Positions 1 to 11,510 are shown, counted from the first letter of the stretch. The stretch: DNA of 64,000 bases from Deltaproteobacteria bacterium (GCA_015075075.1 JABTVA010000003.1:38619-102618), one strand, 5' to 3'. Numbers and translations: made by a program. The notes: generated by a model from the sequence alone, not told the origin.

Positions 1-80
1 GAGCGAAGCGAAGCAATCTTATCTTTTGGAAAATCAAGCACTTAGAGATTGCTTCGTAGCTTTAGCTCCTAAGCAATGAC
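1..80. repeat. Family-B long-hairpin repeat, cut by the window edge
   Basis: Ends in CTCCTAAGCAATGAC, the right arm of the GTCATT..GAG / CTC..AATGAC hairpin family. Other copies at 148-343, 17307-17390, 42056-42146, 43432-43522, 46255-46344, 48227-48312, 53551-53614. Confidence 0.6.
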
Positions 81-147
81 AACAGAAAACAGAATTAATC
101 AGACCTTCCCTAAAAATTAGAGAACCTCTGATTAATTCGCAGTCGTG

Positions 148-343
148 GTCATTCTGAGTGTGTGAGCTGAAGCTCCTGAGTGAAACGTGAAGGGGAAGAA
201 TCTCGTGGAGAAATCAGCAAGTTATGAGATTCTTATCTCGCGCCTGTCCTGGGTTCGACTGGGCTAATGTTCTTCGCCAGGAGTGCTCGGCATCCACTTT
301 TGCTGTCCTGTAAAATTGTCGTCGTTACGCTCCTCAGAATGAC
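148..343. repeat. Family-B hairpin repeat, expanded copy
   Basis: Starts GTCATTCTGAG and ends CTCAGAATGAC, with an enlarged interior compared with the ~85-90 bp copies. Confidence 0.55.
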
Positions 344-351
344 GAGAAAAC

Positions 352-490
352 GAGAATTAATCAGAGCTTCCTTTAGAGACTTTTTCCCGCTTTTTCTTGA
401 AGGCCGGGAATAAAAGCGGAGCATATATGACAGCGTGGAGCATTTTTATTCCACCAGCGCAGGGGCCGAAGATCAACTTTTAGAGGTTGC
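352..490. repeat. Family-A inverted-repeat element (left end degenerate)
   Basis: Core CGGGAATAAAAGCGGAGCATATATGACAG..GAGCATTTTTATTCC and right end ACTTTTAGAGGTTGC match the copies at 17408-17547 and 35436-35573. Confidence 0.6.
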
Positions 491-526
491 CAGGCTTCAG
501 GCCTTGAGCGAAAAGCTTGCGGAGCT

Positions 527-1539
527 TCACTCCTGTGCGCTCTCGACGTGTAGCCTGCCGTTATGCCCCTGGATAATGTGCTTTACGATCGCGAGGCCGA
601 GGCCTGTGCCGCCGAGCTCCCTGCTCCTGGCCTTGTCCACCCGGTAGAAGCGCTCGAATATCCTCGGTATGTCGGCGGCCGGTATGCTGATGCCGGTGTC
701 CACCTCCACCGGACGCTCTGGCCGTCGGAACCGGCGAAGACCGTGACCCGCCCGCCGGACGGGGTGTACTTTATGGCGTTATCGAGGAGGTTCACGAGCA
801 CCTGCTCAAGCCTGCTCCATCGCCGAGCGCTCTTTAGCCTCTTCTTCGGGATGCCGGTCGATACCGTTATGGATTTGTCCCTGGCCTGCTTCTCGAAGGC
901 TGGTATCATGGAGAGCACGAGTTCTTTTATGTCGACCGGTGCGGAGACTATCGTCATCTGGTGGGATTCGAGCCTGAAAGCGGTGGCGTTGGTGTCGTCT
1001 ATGAGCCTCGACATCCTTGTCGCGTGCCTGTCGATCACGCGGAGGAACTCCTTAAGCGTCTCGCCGTCCTCCATGCCGCCGTCAAGGAGGGTCTCGGAGT
1101 AGCCCTTTATGGAGGCGAGCGGGGTCCGGAGCTCGTGCGAGACGTTCGCAACGAAGTCCCTTTTTATGGTCTCGACCCGCTTCTCTTCGGTTATGTCCTG
1201 GAGGAAGAGGATGAGCGAGAAGTCCGCCTTCTCCTTTATAGGGACGAGCCTGGCGCTGTAGAAGACAGGCCCCTCGCCTATCTCCATGCTCTCGGGGATT
1301 GCCCGCCTCTTCTCGAGGAACCCGGCCACTGCCTTGAGGAGCGTGCTGGTCATGAAACCGAAACGTGCTTTCCTCGACCCTGCCTCCCTCGAATGGGAAC
1401 TGAAGAAAGGACGGGTTCGCGCAGAGCCGCCGAGCCGTCCCGATCGAGCACAAGGACGCCTATCCTCATCTCGCGGGCGATGGTCTCCAATATCAGGTAT
1501 TTGCCCACTACTCCTCCCTGAACCTGTATCCCGCGCCAC
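527..1539 (-). pseudogene. PhoR-like sensor histidine kinase (PAS end, HisKA, HATPase_c) with a broken reading frame
   Basis: ORF 583-1539 carries FVANVSHELRTPLASIKGYSETL (H-box) and [13 protein letters not shown] (N-box). The G-boxes ([22 protein letters not shown]) are in ORF 527-709 in another frame; the shift sits near 705-715 at a GG run. The N-terminal 60 codons look out of frame. Confidence 0.8.
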
Positions 1540-2212
1540 GCACCGTCTCTATAAAGTCGCCTGCCCTGCCGAGCTTCGACCGGAGCCTTCTCACATGGGT
1601 ATCGACGGTCCTCGGTATGACGAAACAGTCCCTGCCCCAGGCCCTGTCCAGGATGGCGTCCCTGCTCAAGACCCTTCCTCCTGCCTGCATGAGCGCGGAA
1701 AGGAGGCGGAACTCGGTGGTCGAAAGTTCTACGGGCTTACCCTCGACAGAGACCTTGTGTTTCGAGAGGTCGACTGTGAGACAGTTGAAGGTCATTACCC
1801 GGCCCTCTTCCCCGTCTCCCGGCCGCTCGGAAGTCCTCTTGAGGACCGCCTTGACCCTGAGTATCAGCTCCCTCGGGCTGAAGGGCTTCGTTATATAGTC
1901 CTCGGCCCCGAGCTCGAACCCGATCACCTTGTCGATTTCCTCGCCCTTGGCAGTGAGCATTATGACGGGTATGCCTTTTGTGGAATCAATGGACTTAAGA
2001 CGCCTCAAGACCTCGGTCCCGTCCATGTTGGGGAGCATTATGTCGAGTATGACGAGGTCGGGCCTGTTGGCCCTTGCGGACTCTATGGCCTCCGGGCCGT
2101 CCCTCGCAAGGAGTGTGCGGAACCCGGCCTTCTTGAGGTTGTACTCAAGCAGGTTCAGTATGTCGGATTCGTCGTCAACGACAAGTATCCGGGACCCGTT
2201 CGCATTCTGCAA
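1508..2212 (-). CDS. phoB: OmpR/PhoB-family response regulator
   Basis: Receiver domain ILVVDDE..DLVILDIMLP..; PhoB-like linker MLTAKGEEIDKVIGFELGAEDYITKPFSPRELILRVKAVLKR; winged-helix C-terminus. Sits directly upstream of the kinase. Confidence 0.75.
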   Translation of the reverse strand: MQNANGSRILVVDDESDILNLLEYNLKKAGFRTLLARDGPEAIESARANRPDLVILDIMLPNMDGTEVLRRLKSIDSTKGIPVIMLTAKGEEIDKVIGFELGAEDYITKPFSPRELILRVKAVLKRTSERPGDGEEGRVMTFNCLTVDLSKHKVSVEGKPVELSTTEFRLLSALMQAGGRVLSRDAILDRAWGRDCFVIPRTVDTHVRRLRSKLGRAGDFIETVRGAGYRFREE

Positions 2213-2603
2213 CGATAAGCTCCTTGACCCGTTTCTCTATGTCATTTCTTACCCGCTGCATGACGTCCCAGGGCCTTCCGAGCGGGTCCTCTATCTTCCA
2301 GTCGTATTTCCTGCCCTTGAACCAGTCCGGGCATATCTCGCCGGCAGGGGCCGAGCCCATCGTTACCACCACGTCCGCCCACCGGATGTGCTCGTCCGTA
2401 AGCTGGTCAGAAGACTGCCCTGAGATGTCCACGCCGGCCTCCTTCATGGCCTCGACGGTGCTCCTGTTGAGAAAACCGGACGCGCTTGTGCCGGCGCTAC
2501 GCACCTCCACCTTTTTCCCGCCGTGCCGCCTTGCGAAGCCCTCGGCCATCTGGCTCCGGCAGGTGTTGCCTACGCAGACGAATAATAATTTTATGGGCAT
2601 CAA
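2175..2603 (-). CDS. Low-molecular-weight phosphatase family protein, ArsC-like
   Basis: P-loop LFVCVGNTCRSQMAEGF (CX5R-S). Length 142 aa. The 3' end overlaps the regulator start by 38 nt. Confidence 0.75.
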   Translation of the reverse strand: MMPIKLLFVCVGNTCRSQMAEGFARRHGGKKVEVRSAGTSASGFLNRSTVEAMKEAGVDISGQSSDQLTDEHIRWADVVVTMGSAPAGEICPDWFKGRKYDWKIEDPLGRPWDVMQRVRNDIEKRVKELIVAECERVPDTCR

Positions 2604-2786
2604 AGCGCCTTTCTTCCGGATATCACTTTATTTTAACACTTGGATTGACCGGGAGGCAATAATAAATAACTGGCGGTCAGGCCCTGAGTAAATTTTAAAG
2701 GGTTTTCAGGAAGCGGGGTACGGTAGTTACAATTACCCGCAGCCGCATGCATAACCCGTAGATTAATAAGAGATTAATTTTTTAGC

Positions 2787-2815
2787 TTGACAATTTTAAT
2801 TTGTTTTAATAAACT
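2787..2815 (+). promoter_or_regulatory. Sigma70-type promoter candidate
   Basis: TTGACA (2787-2792), 17-nt AT-rich spacer, TAAACT (2810-2815). Confidence 0.45.
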
Positions 2816-2907
2816 GGGGCTACCGCTAAATAGAGAGGCATCAAGTGAGAAGAGAGGGTCACACAGAACCCCATCAGTTATTTTTCACGAAGGCACAAGG
2901 ACCTTTG

Positions 2908-2948
2908 CCTTTTCATGCGTTAAGACCGCATGAAAGGGCTTTTTTTTT
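2908..2948 (+). terminator. Rho-independent terminator candidate
   Basis: Hairpin CCTTTTCATGCG / CGCATGAAAGGG followed by a run of nine T. Confidence 0.55.
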
Positions 2949-3330
2949 GAAACCACACCTTCCGCTGTAAAAAAGAGAGTTTTCGAGGGGTTAGAAGCTT
3001 TACCCTTTAACGAGCTGATACACGGCCGGATGGAGCTCAAGGCGGGCTGCCCGGCTTTTTGAAGCCATGCATGTAGGCTTGCTTCCCCCTGAAGCAATGA
3101 CCTGACATTGCCGCTTAAACAATTACAGCCGGAGCCCATGAAGGGCTCGGGCGTCAAGGCCACGAATGCCTCGCAGTATCGCCGATTTCATATCGGCATG
3201 CTCAAGGCATTTTTTTTTGGGCCTTGGGCGGCCCGCTGCATGCGGGACCTGAGCAGGGTTCATGGAACGGCCCTGCGATGGTAGGGGCCTCGACGCCTCC
3301 TCATCCCATAATGACAAAAGGAGAACTTCC

Positions 3331-4222
3331 ATGAAAAGGTTCCTTATATTCGCAGTAGCAGCGGCTTCAGCAGGCTTCATGGCCCTCGGCACCGCCTCGG
3401 TCGCCAACGCGGTAGACATAGATGACTATCCGGCGAATGCTCCGGCGAACGGCATAGGCAAATCCAGGCACAACCTCGGTGCCCTGGGTATGCACAGGAT
3501 CGCCGACCAGATACCCGGCACCACCGAGATATGCGTGTTCTGCCATACGCCTCACCATACGAACGTGACCGGGTTCGCCGCCGGAGAGGCCGCGCCCCTC
3601 TGGAACAGGACCAACGCCACAGGCAGCTACACCCCCTACGGCCCGAACGGCGCAACTGTCGCCGGCACCACTGTAACCCAGGTCGGCGGAGCCACGCTCG
3701 CCTGCCTGAGCTGCCATGACGGCGTAACCACCTTCGACAACCTGGTGAACGCGCCCGGCAAGGGCCTCAACTCGCAGCCAGGGCTGGGACTTCAACGAGG
3801 ATCGGAAACCCGGTGGCCAACATCGGGGACCACCTCCCGCCTGAACATCGGCACGAACCTCGACGAACGACCACCCGGTCTCAATCGAGTACACGCCCCG
3901 AGGGCCAGCTTGAGGACACGTGACGACGTTCGATTCGATAGATTCCACTGGACGTCTTCTCGACGACCCACAGTTCCGTAACGAGCGGCGAAACCTGACC
4001 CAGAACGCTGGGCGGTCGCCGGTTTTATCTGCGAGGACTGCGCCATGAATCGCTCCTCAGGAACGGCAAGGTCGAGTGCTCGAGCTACGACCCGCACTTC
4101 GCCAACAAGTCCTGGGACGTGTCGACGCCACCTGGGGTAGCGAAGAGGACCGGACGGCATGTTCCTCAGAAGGGTCGGGGCAACACCGGCTCCGGCGTCT
4201 GCAAGACCTGCCACGCGAAGTA
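3331..4222 (+). pseudogene. Secreted multihaem c-type cytochrome (doubled-CXXCH type), reading frame broken several times
   Basis: RBS AAAGGAGA before ATG 3331; signal peptide MKRFLIFAVAAASAGFMALGTASVANA. CXXCH motifs CVFCH and CLSCH are in frame. NDHPVSIEY, CEDC.., ECSSYDPH and the final CKTCHAK-stop (4200-4222) are only readable after frame changes beyond about 3780. Confidence 0.7.
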
Positions 4223-4413
4223 AGCTTTTCGCTTTACCGTGCATCCGGAGCGGGCTGGTTTCCCGGCCCCGCCCCGGTTGCCATGGATCAAAAGACATCA
4301 TATGAAGCAGCCGGGACGAACTGAAACCATAAGAGCGGAAAATCGCACCGAAAGACATGCAAGCCGTTAGCGAACTCCGCCTGAAATAGACCGGCTAAGC
4401 CGGAACTCGAGGA

Positions 4414-4597
4414 GAAGCGGTCGTGAAAAGTAAAGGCTCATCGTAAACACCAAGGAATCACGGAAAAAGAGGCCTGCGACCTGCTTGAGAGCTTCTCGAC
4501 CGAACACAACAAGACCCTTATCGAAGCTGCGGAAATCATACTATTGGGAAACAGGCTGCTCACCGATTCCTCGGCGGAAAGCCAAAAGAAACAGTAG
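4414..4597 (+). pseudogene. Possible ANTAR-domain remnant
   Basis: Readable across two frames: EAVVKSKG / (H)QGITEKEACDLLESFSTEHNKTLIEAAEIILLGN. This resembles the ANTAR pattern (I)xxAKGxLM..gxsExEAyxxLxxxSxxxnxxLxEvAexI. Confidence 0.3.
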
Positions 4598-4798
4598 GAA
4601 GTTCGGGGCTGTCGAAAGCGGATTCAACCGGATGGCAGCGATTTCTGGGAAATGTAGGCCTCAAAATTCGAACAGGAGGATAATGAAATGGAGAACTGCA
4701 AACAGCATGGAATTATCCCCGCAGCATCTCGAGAGGATGCACTGCTTATGTTTTTCCCCATCGGAAGCCGCCGCCTAAGGGAAAAAATAGGCGAGAAA

Positions 4799-4936
4799 AT
4801 CCTGGTCATTAAGGCCAAAATGGACATTGGTCGAGCAGAAAGGACTGAGCGAGAAGGAGGCCTCGGCATTATGGTGAGGAAAAGCCGCAAGAAAAGGCAG
4901 AAGCTGGTCGAAACCGCGGCGCTGGTACTGACTGAA
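4799..4936 (+). pseudogene. Possible second ANTAR-like remnant
   Basis: ILVIKAK in one frame, then LVEQKGLSEKEASAL and MVRKSRKKRQKLVETAALVLTE in neighbouring frames. Confidence 0.25.
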
Positions 4937-5158
4937 AGGCAGTATAGGAAGGTTTTAAGAGCGCGCGGAAGCTCCGGAAGAGACCGGGGCGGGGCTGACT
5001 AGCTGCAAGCGATGGGCCTTTAAGCCCTGACAAAGCGTGGACCAGGCTGCCCGAATCAAAGGGCGGAATGAACTACCCGCCGCAATCTTTATAGCGTCAC
5101 TTCCCTTGAAGGGCAAAGACGCCAGGCGCGGCCACCGGGCGTCCAGGATTGCTTATAG

Positions 5159-6570
<1,412 letters not shown>

Positions 6571-6623
6571 CTCGACCTGCCCTTATATCATCGTGATGAA
6601 GCCAGCCTGGGAGGCTGTCGAGT

Positions 6624-6775
6624 CTTCGGAAATCTCTTCAGAAAGGTTTCCCCCGGACCCCCTTCAAAGACATTTAGTTCCTGAGAAAACCTCCAATAGG
6701 GGGTTTTCTCAGGAAGAACTGAAAGTTTTTGGAGAGAATTTGAGAGAAACTTTTTACAAAAAGGTTCTCTCAAAA
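6624..6775 (-). repeat. Family-F three-hairpin repeat (inverted relative to 35263-35408)
   Basis: Hairpins at 6680-6713 and 6742-6771. The linkers CAAATTCTCTCCAAAAACTTTCAGTTCTTC and AACTAAATGTCTTTGAAGGGG (reverse complement) match copy F2. Lies between the nfnA stop and the nfnB start. Confidence 0.7.
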
Positions 6776-6798
6776 AAAACTCTCACAATCCTCCCGGG

Positions 6799-7650
6799 CT
6801 ACTTCCTCTCGTAGCACTTCGCGCCTTCGTGGTAGGTGAGCTCTTCCATCGCGAGCTTCTCTTCCTTGATGTAGCTCCTGTTCCTTAATATCAGCTCTGC
6901 GAAGTCGACCTGGTGGCCGTCGAACTCCGGTCCGTCCACGCATACGAACTTGGTCTTTCCGCCTATCGTCACCCTGCATGCGCCGCACATGCCGGTGCCG
7001 TCGACCATTATGGGGTTGAGGCTGACGACGGTCGGGATGCCGTAGGGCTTGGTTACGTTGCTTACGGCCCTCATCATGGGCACCGGGCCTATGCCAACGA
7101 CGCAGCCTATCTTCATGCCTTCGTCGATGAGGTTCTGCAGCACCTGCGTTACGAACCCGTGGTGGCCGTAGCTCCCGTCGTCGGTCGTCACGTGGAGCTC
7201 GTCGCTTACCTCCCTCATCTCCTTTTCGAGTATGAGGAGCGGCTTGCTGCGCGCGCCTATTATGGATACGACCCTGTTCCCGGCCTCCTTCATGGCCTTG
7301 GCTATGGGATACACGGGCGCGGTGCCGATGCCCCCGCCCACGCACACGGCTATGCCGAAGTCCTCTATGTGTGTGGGTTTGCCGAGCGGTCCGACGACGT
7401 CGAGGATGTTGTCGCCGACTCCCATGTTCCCGAGCATGGCGGTCGATTTCCCGACCTCCTGGACGATTATGGTGATGGTCCCCTCGCGGGCATCGGAATC
7501 GACGATGGTGAGAGGTATGCGCTCGCCGTTTTCATTGAGCCGGAGGACCACGAACTGCCCGGCCTTCCGCTTGGCCGCTATCTTCGGGGCCTTTACCTTG
7601 AACTGGTATACGGTATGGGCCAGCTCTTTTTTGTCCGTTATCTCGAACAT
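6799..7650 (-). CDS. nfnA: NfnA/SudB-like FAD/[2Fe-2S] ferredoxin-NADP reductase small subunit
   Basis: 283 aa with an FNR-like fold; C-terminal 2Fe-2S motif MVDGTGMCGACRV..FVCVDGPEF. Adjacent to the GltD-like partner. Confidence 0.8.
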   Translation of the reverse strand: MFEITDKKELAHTVYQFKVKAPKIAAKRKAGQFVVLRLNENGERIPLTIVDSDAREGTITIIVQEVGKSTAMLGNMGVGDNILDVVGPLGKPTHIEDFGIAVCVGGGIGTAPVYPIAKAMKEAGNRVVSIIGARSKPLLILEKEMREVSDELHVTTDDGSYGHHGFVTQVLQNLIDEGMKIGCVVGIGPVPMMRAVSNVTKPYGIPTVVSLNPIMVDGTGMCGACRVTIGGKTKFVCVDGPEFDGHQVDFAELILRNRSYIKEEKLAMEELTYHEGAKCYERK

Positions 7651-7747
7651 CGTTGGACTCCTTGTGAGGTTACCCGTGAAGTTATCAGGGCGCCAAAAGC
7701 CGGAGAATGATACCAGAAGAGTTTCCGGGTTTCAATGAAATCAGCGA

Positions 7748-8500
7748 TCATGATTTTTCCAGCCGAATCCAGAACTCCCTGTTTCCCTTTGCCCCGGTTA
7801 TGGGGGACTCGCCTGTTGAAATGACCTTGTAGCCTATGCCCTCCGAGAACCGAGCTATCCTCTCGACGACTTCGGCATGCATGCGGGGGTCCCTCACGAC
7901 ACCGCCCTTCCCAACCTGCCCCTTACCCACCTCGAACTGGGGCTTTATGAGCGCCAGGACAGCCCCTTTTTCCTTAAGGAACTCCCTGACTTTTGGCAAG
8001 ACCTTTTCAAGGGATATGAACGAGACGTCTATGACCGCGAGGTCTACAGGTACGCCGACCTCGGAGGGGTCCAGATACCTTATGTTCCTTTCCTCAAGGA
8101 CGACTACCCTTGGGTCGGACCGGAGGCCCTGGTCTATGAGCCCCTTTCCGACGTCAACGGCATATACCTTTGCAGCGCCCCTTTTAAGGAGGCAGTCCGT
8201 GAAGCCGCCGGTCGAGGCTCCTATGTCAAGGGCCGTCATACCGGCCACGTCCAGGCCCGTCTGGTCGAGGAACGAGGCGAGCTTTACGCCTCCGCGCCCC
8301 ACGAACGGCAGGCCCTCTTTCAGCGATATCCCGGCCCCGGGGTCTACCTCCCTGCCCGGCTTATCTACAAGCTCGCCATCCACGAAGACCTTGCCGGCCA
8401 TTATAAGGGCCTGGGCCTTCTGGCGGCTCTGAACGAGCCCCTTTTCCACAAGGAGGCTGTCGATCCGCTCCTTTTTCCTTTTCTGCCCCGAGTCACCCAC
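7748..8500 (-). CDS. tlyA: TlyA-family rRNA 2'-O-methyltransferase (haemolysin A)
   Basis: S4 domain RIDSLLVEKGLVQSRQKAQALI; SAM motif ALDIGASTGGFTDCLLKRGAAKVYAVDVG. Confidence 0.85.
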   Translation of the reverse strand: MGDSGQKRKKERIDSLLVEKGLVQSRQKAQALIMAGKVFVDGELVDKPGREVDPGAGISLKEGLPFVGRGGVKLASFLDQTGLDVAGMTALDIGASTGGFTDCLLKRGAAKVYAVDVGKGLIDQGLRSDPRVVVLEERNIRYLDPSEVGVPVDLAVIDVSFISLEKVLPKVREFLKEKGAVLALIKPQFEVGKGQVGKGGVVRDPRMHAEVVERIARFSEGIGYKVISTGESPITGAKGNREFWIRLEKS

Positions 8501-8502
8501 CC

Positions 8503-10395
8503 TTAAAAGGCCATCTTGAGCTTGCCGGAGCCCGCGACAAGCGCCTTTGCCGCGGCCTCAATGCCCTCGGCGGTAAGGCCGAGCCTTGCCCGCAGTTCCT
8601 CCTGGCTCCCGTGCTCGATGAACTCGTCCGGCACTCCGAGCCTCTTTACAGGGACATGGACGCCGCGCTCTTCAAGCAGCTCCAGTACCGCGCTCCCGAA
8701 GCCGCCCTGGAGCGAGCTCTCCTCGACTGTCAAAAGCGCTCCTGCGGAGGAAGCGGCCTGGAGGATGCACTCTGCGTCAAGCGGCTTCGCGAACCGAGCG
8801 TTTATCACCCCGGCCTTTACGCCCGCCTTTTCAAGGCGCCCGGCCGCTTCGAGGGCGGGATGGACCATATTCCCGATCGCGAGTATCGCTGCGTCCTTGC
8901 CTTCCTTAAGCACCTCGGCCTTGCCGAGGGGTATCTGCCTCATGGGCCCGGAGGCGTCGACACCCGTGCAGGCGCCCCTCGGATACCTGAGCGCGACGGG
9001 CCTGCCGTACTGTACGGCCGAATAGAGGAGATGCCTCAGTTCGTCCTCGTCCCTGGGCGCGGCGACTATCATGTTCGGCAGGTGCCTGAGGTACGCGATA
9101 TCGAAGAGGCCGTGGTGTGTGGGGCCGTCCTGCCCCACTATTCCGGCCCTGTCCATCGCGATGACCACCGGCAGGTCCTGGAGGCAGACGTCGTGGAAGA
9201 CCTCGTCGTAGGCCCTCTGCAGGAAGGTCGAATAGATGGCCGTGACCGGGACAAAACCCTCTTTCGCAAGCCCGGCGGCAAAGGTAAGGGCGTGCTGCTC
9301 AGCTATGCCCACATCGAAAAACCTGTCCGGGTATCTTTCCGCGAATCTGGAGAGGCCCGTACCCTCGGGCATGGCGGCGGTTATGGCGACGACCCGCCTG
9401 TCCGAGGCGGCGATATCAAGGAGCGCGGAGCTGAATACGTTTGTATAGGAGGGCTTCGAGGGCTTCCTCGGTTTGCCGGTCTCCCTGATGAAGGGCCCCA
9501 CGCCGTGGAAGGCGGCCGGGTCGGATTCCGCCGGGAGATAGCCCTTGCCCTTCTTTGTAAGGACGTGCAGCAGTACCGGGCCTTCGACGGACGAGACGTC
9601 CTTGAGCGAGGCCACCAGGGCCTCGATATCGTGGCCGTCAACGGGGCCGACATAGTGGAACCCGAGCCCCTCGAAGAGCATCCCGGGCGTAAGTAGCGTT
9701 ATAATCGAGTCCTCCGCCCTCCTGGCGATATCGAGGAGGCGCGTCCCGAACCTGGGTATCGTCTTTATGAACCTCTCTATCTCCTTCTTGAGGTTCATCG
9801 CGAAGCGGCCGGTCAATTTTCTGCTTAAGAACTGCGAGAGGGCGCCGACGTTCTTCGAGATGGACATCTCGTTGTCGTTGAGGATGACTATCAGGTCCTT
9901 TTTAAGGTGCCCCGCCTGGTTGAGCCCCTCGAAGGCGAGCCCGGCCGTAAGCGAGCCGTCGCCGATTACGGCGACCACCTTTCTCGCGCTGCCCGCGAGG
10001 TCTCTGGCGGATGCCATGCCGAGGGCTGCGGATATGGATGTCGACGAGTGCCCGGCTACGAAGGCGTCGTATGGGCTCTCGGAGGGTTTCGGGAAGCCGC
10101 TTATGCCGCCGTACTGCCTGAGCGTCCTGAACTCGTCCTTTCTTCCGGTCAGTATCTTGTGCGCGTAGGCCTGGTGGCCCACGTCCCAGACGATCCTGTC
10201 ATGGGGGGTGTCGAGCACATGGTGGAGGGCTATCGCTATCTCGACCGCTCCGAGGCTCGAGGCGAGGTGGCCGCCCTTGTCGGAGACGGTCTCGATTATG
10301 AGTTCCCTCACCTCTGCGGCAAGGGTCGTGAGCTCATCCGGGCCGAGGGCCTTCAAGTCCGCCGGGGACTCGATTCTGTCAAGGACGCTCTTCAA
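8503..10395 (-). CDS. dxs: 1-deoxy-D-xylulose-5-phosphate synthase
   Basis: 630 aa: [47 protein letters not shown], and a transketolase-like C-terminus. Confidence 0.95.
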   Translation of the reverse strand: MKSVLDRIESPADLKALGPDELTTLAAEVRELIIETVSDKGGHLASSLGAVEIAIALHHVLDTPHDRIVWDVGHQAYAHKILTGRKDEFRTLRQYGGISGFPKPSESPYDAFVAGHSSTSISAALGMASARDLAGSARKVVAVIGDGSLTAGLAFEGLNQAGHLKKDLIVILNDNEMSISKNVGALSQFLSRKLTGRFAMNLKKEIERFIKTIPRFGTRLLDIARRAEDSIITLLTPGMLFEGLGFHYVGPVDGHDIEALVASLKDVSSVEGPVLLHVLTKKGKGYLPAESDPAAFHGVGPFIRETGKPRKPSKPSYTNVFSSALLDIAASDRRVVAITAAMPEGTGLSRFAERYPDRFFDVGIAEQHALTFAAGLAKEGFVPVTAIYSTFLQRAYDEVFHDVCLQDLPVVIAMDRAGIVGQDGPTHHGLFDIAYLRHLPNMIVAAPRDEDELRHLLYSAVQYGRPVALRYPRGACTGVDASGPMRQIPLGKAEVLKEGKDAAILAIGNMVHPALEAAGRLEKAGVKAGVINARFAKPLDAECILQAASSAGALLTVEESSLQGGFGSAVLELLEERGVHVPVKRLGVPDEFIEHGSQEELRARLGLTAEGIEAAAKALVAGSGKLKMAF

Positions 10396-10401
10396 CGCGG
10401 C

Positions 10402-11292
10402 CTACCTTTTCCTCTCGACTATGTACCTTGCGATCTCCCGGAGCGGGTCGGCCTTCCCGTCCAGGCCGGATATGGAATGGAGCGCTATCTCGAGGAGCTC
10501 CGAGGCCCTTTTCTTCGACTCGTCAAGGCCGATGGCCGCAGGGTACGTCGCCTTGCCCTTCTTCTCGTCAGACCCGGCGTTCTTGCCCATCTCCAGCGGC
10601 GAGCCCTCGACGTCCAGTATGTCGTCGGCTATCTGGAAGGCAAGGCCGATGGACTTGCCGAACCTCGTAAGAGAATCGAGCTCCTTCTTTTTGGCGCCCC
10701 CGAGGACGGCCCCGCACTTTACGGCCGCTAACAGGAGCTCGCCCGTCTTGTGTATGTGTATGTATTCGAGGACCGGAAAGAGTATTTCCCTGCCCTCGGA
10801 TTCGATGTCTATCATCTGCCCGCCTATCATGCCGGTCGAGCCCGCGGCCTTCGCCATCTCGATGACGCACCTGGTTACAGCCGACCTCTTTCCGCCGCTC
10901 CTTGCGGCCATGTCGAAGGCGGCCGTGAGGAGCGCGTCACCCGCGAGTATGGCAGCGGCCTCGCCGAAGGCCTTATGGCAGGTGGGCCTGCCCCTCCTGA
11001 GGTCGTCGTTGTCTATTGCGGGCAGGTCGTCGTGGATGAGCGAGTAGGTGTGGATGCACTCGAAGGCGCAGGCTATGTTCAGGGCGCCCGAGGCCTCCCC
11101 CCCAGCTGCCTCGGCAGAGGCAAGGACCAGTATGGGCCTTATCCTCTTCCCTCCGGCAAACAGGCTGTAGTGCATGGCCCTGTGGAGCGTCTGAGGGTAT
11201 TCCTCCTCGCCCGGCAGGAGCTCCTTGAGCGTCCTGTTTATGAGCTCGGTCTTTTCTGAAAAATATTTATTAAGGTCCAAGGTCCCTCGCAA
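10402..11292 (-). CDS. ispA: (2E,6E)-farnesyl/geranylgeranyl diphosphate synthase
   Basis: Both Asp-rich motifs are present (LIHDDLPAIDNDDLRRG and FQIADDILD). Classical position upstream of dxs. Confidence 0.9.
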   Translation of the reverse strand: MRGTLDLNKYFSEKTELINRTLKELLPGEEEYPQTLHRAMHYSLFAGGKRIRPILVLASAEAAGGEASGALNIACAFECIHTYSLIHDDLPAIDNDDLRRGRPTCHKAFGEAAAILAGDALLTAAFDMAARSGGKRSAVTRCVIEMAKAAGSTGMIGGQMIDIESEGREILFPVLEYIHIHKTGELLLAAVKCGAVLGGAKKKELDSLTRFGKSIGLAFQIADDILDVEGSPLEMGKNAGSDEKKGKATYPAAIGLDESKKRASELLEIALHSISGLDGKADPLREIARYIVERKR

Positions 11293-11510
11293 TCGGTTCT
11301 TACGTATCCGGCCTGCCCAAGCGCTTTAAAACGTAAATAATGCCTTGAGCGGCTAATATATTATATTATCTGAACAAAAATTTAATTACAAGGGCATGGG
11401 GAGGGTGGGCGCGGGCAATGACGCAAGCCATAAAAAAACCGCAAATGCGTTCGCGGAATTTATGGAAAAAGAGGGCCTGGATGTCTTGAATAACCGTCGC
11501 CTCCGGGCGA

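Noticed and set aside
2846-2972. Small ORF (GTG start, about 41 codons) inside the candidate sRNA region
   Set aside because: It runs through the terminator hairpin and T-run. It has odd composition and no signal or TM features. It is more likely non-coding.
6770-7345. 191-aa Arg/His-rich ORF overlapping nfnA
   Set aside because: Out-of-frame overlap with a well-supported gene, and low-complexity composition.
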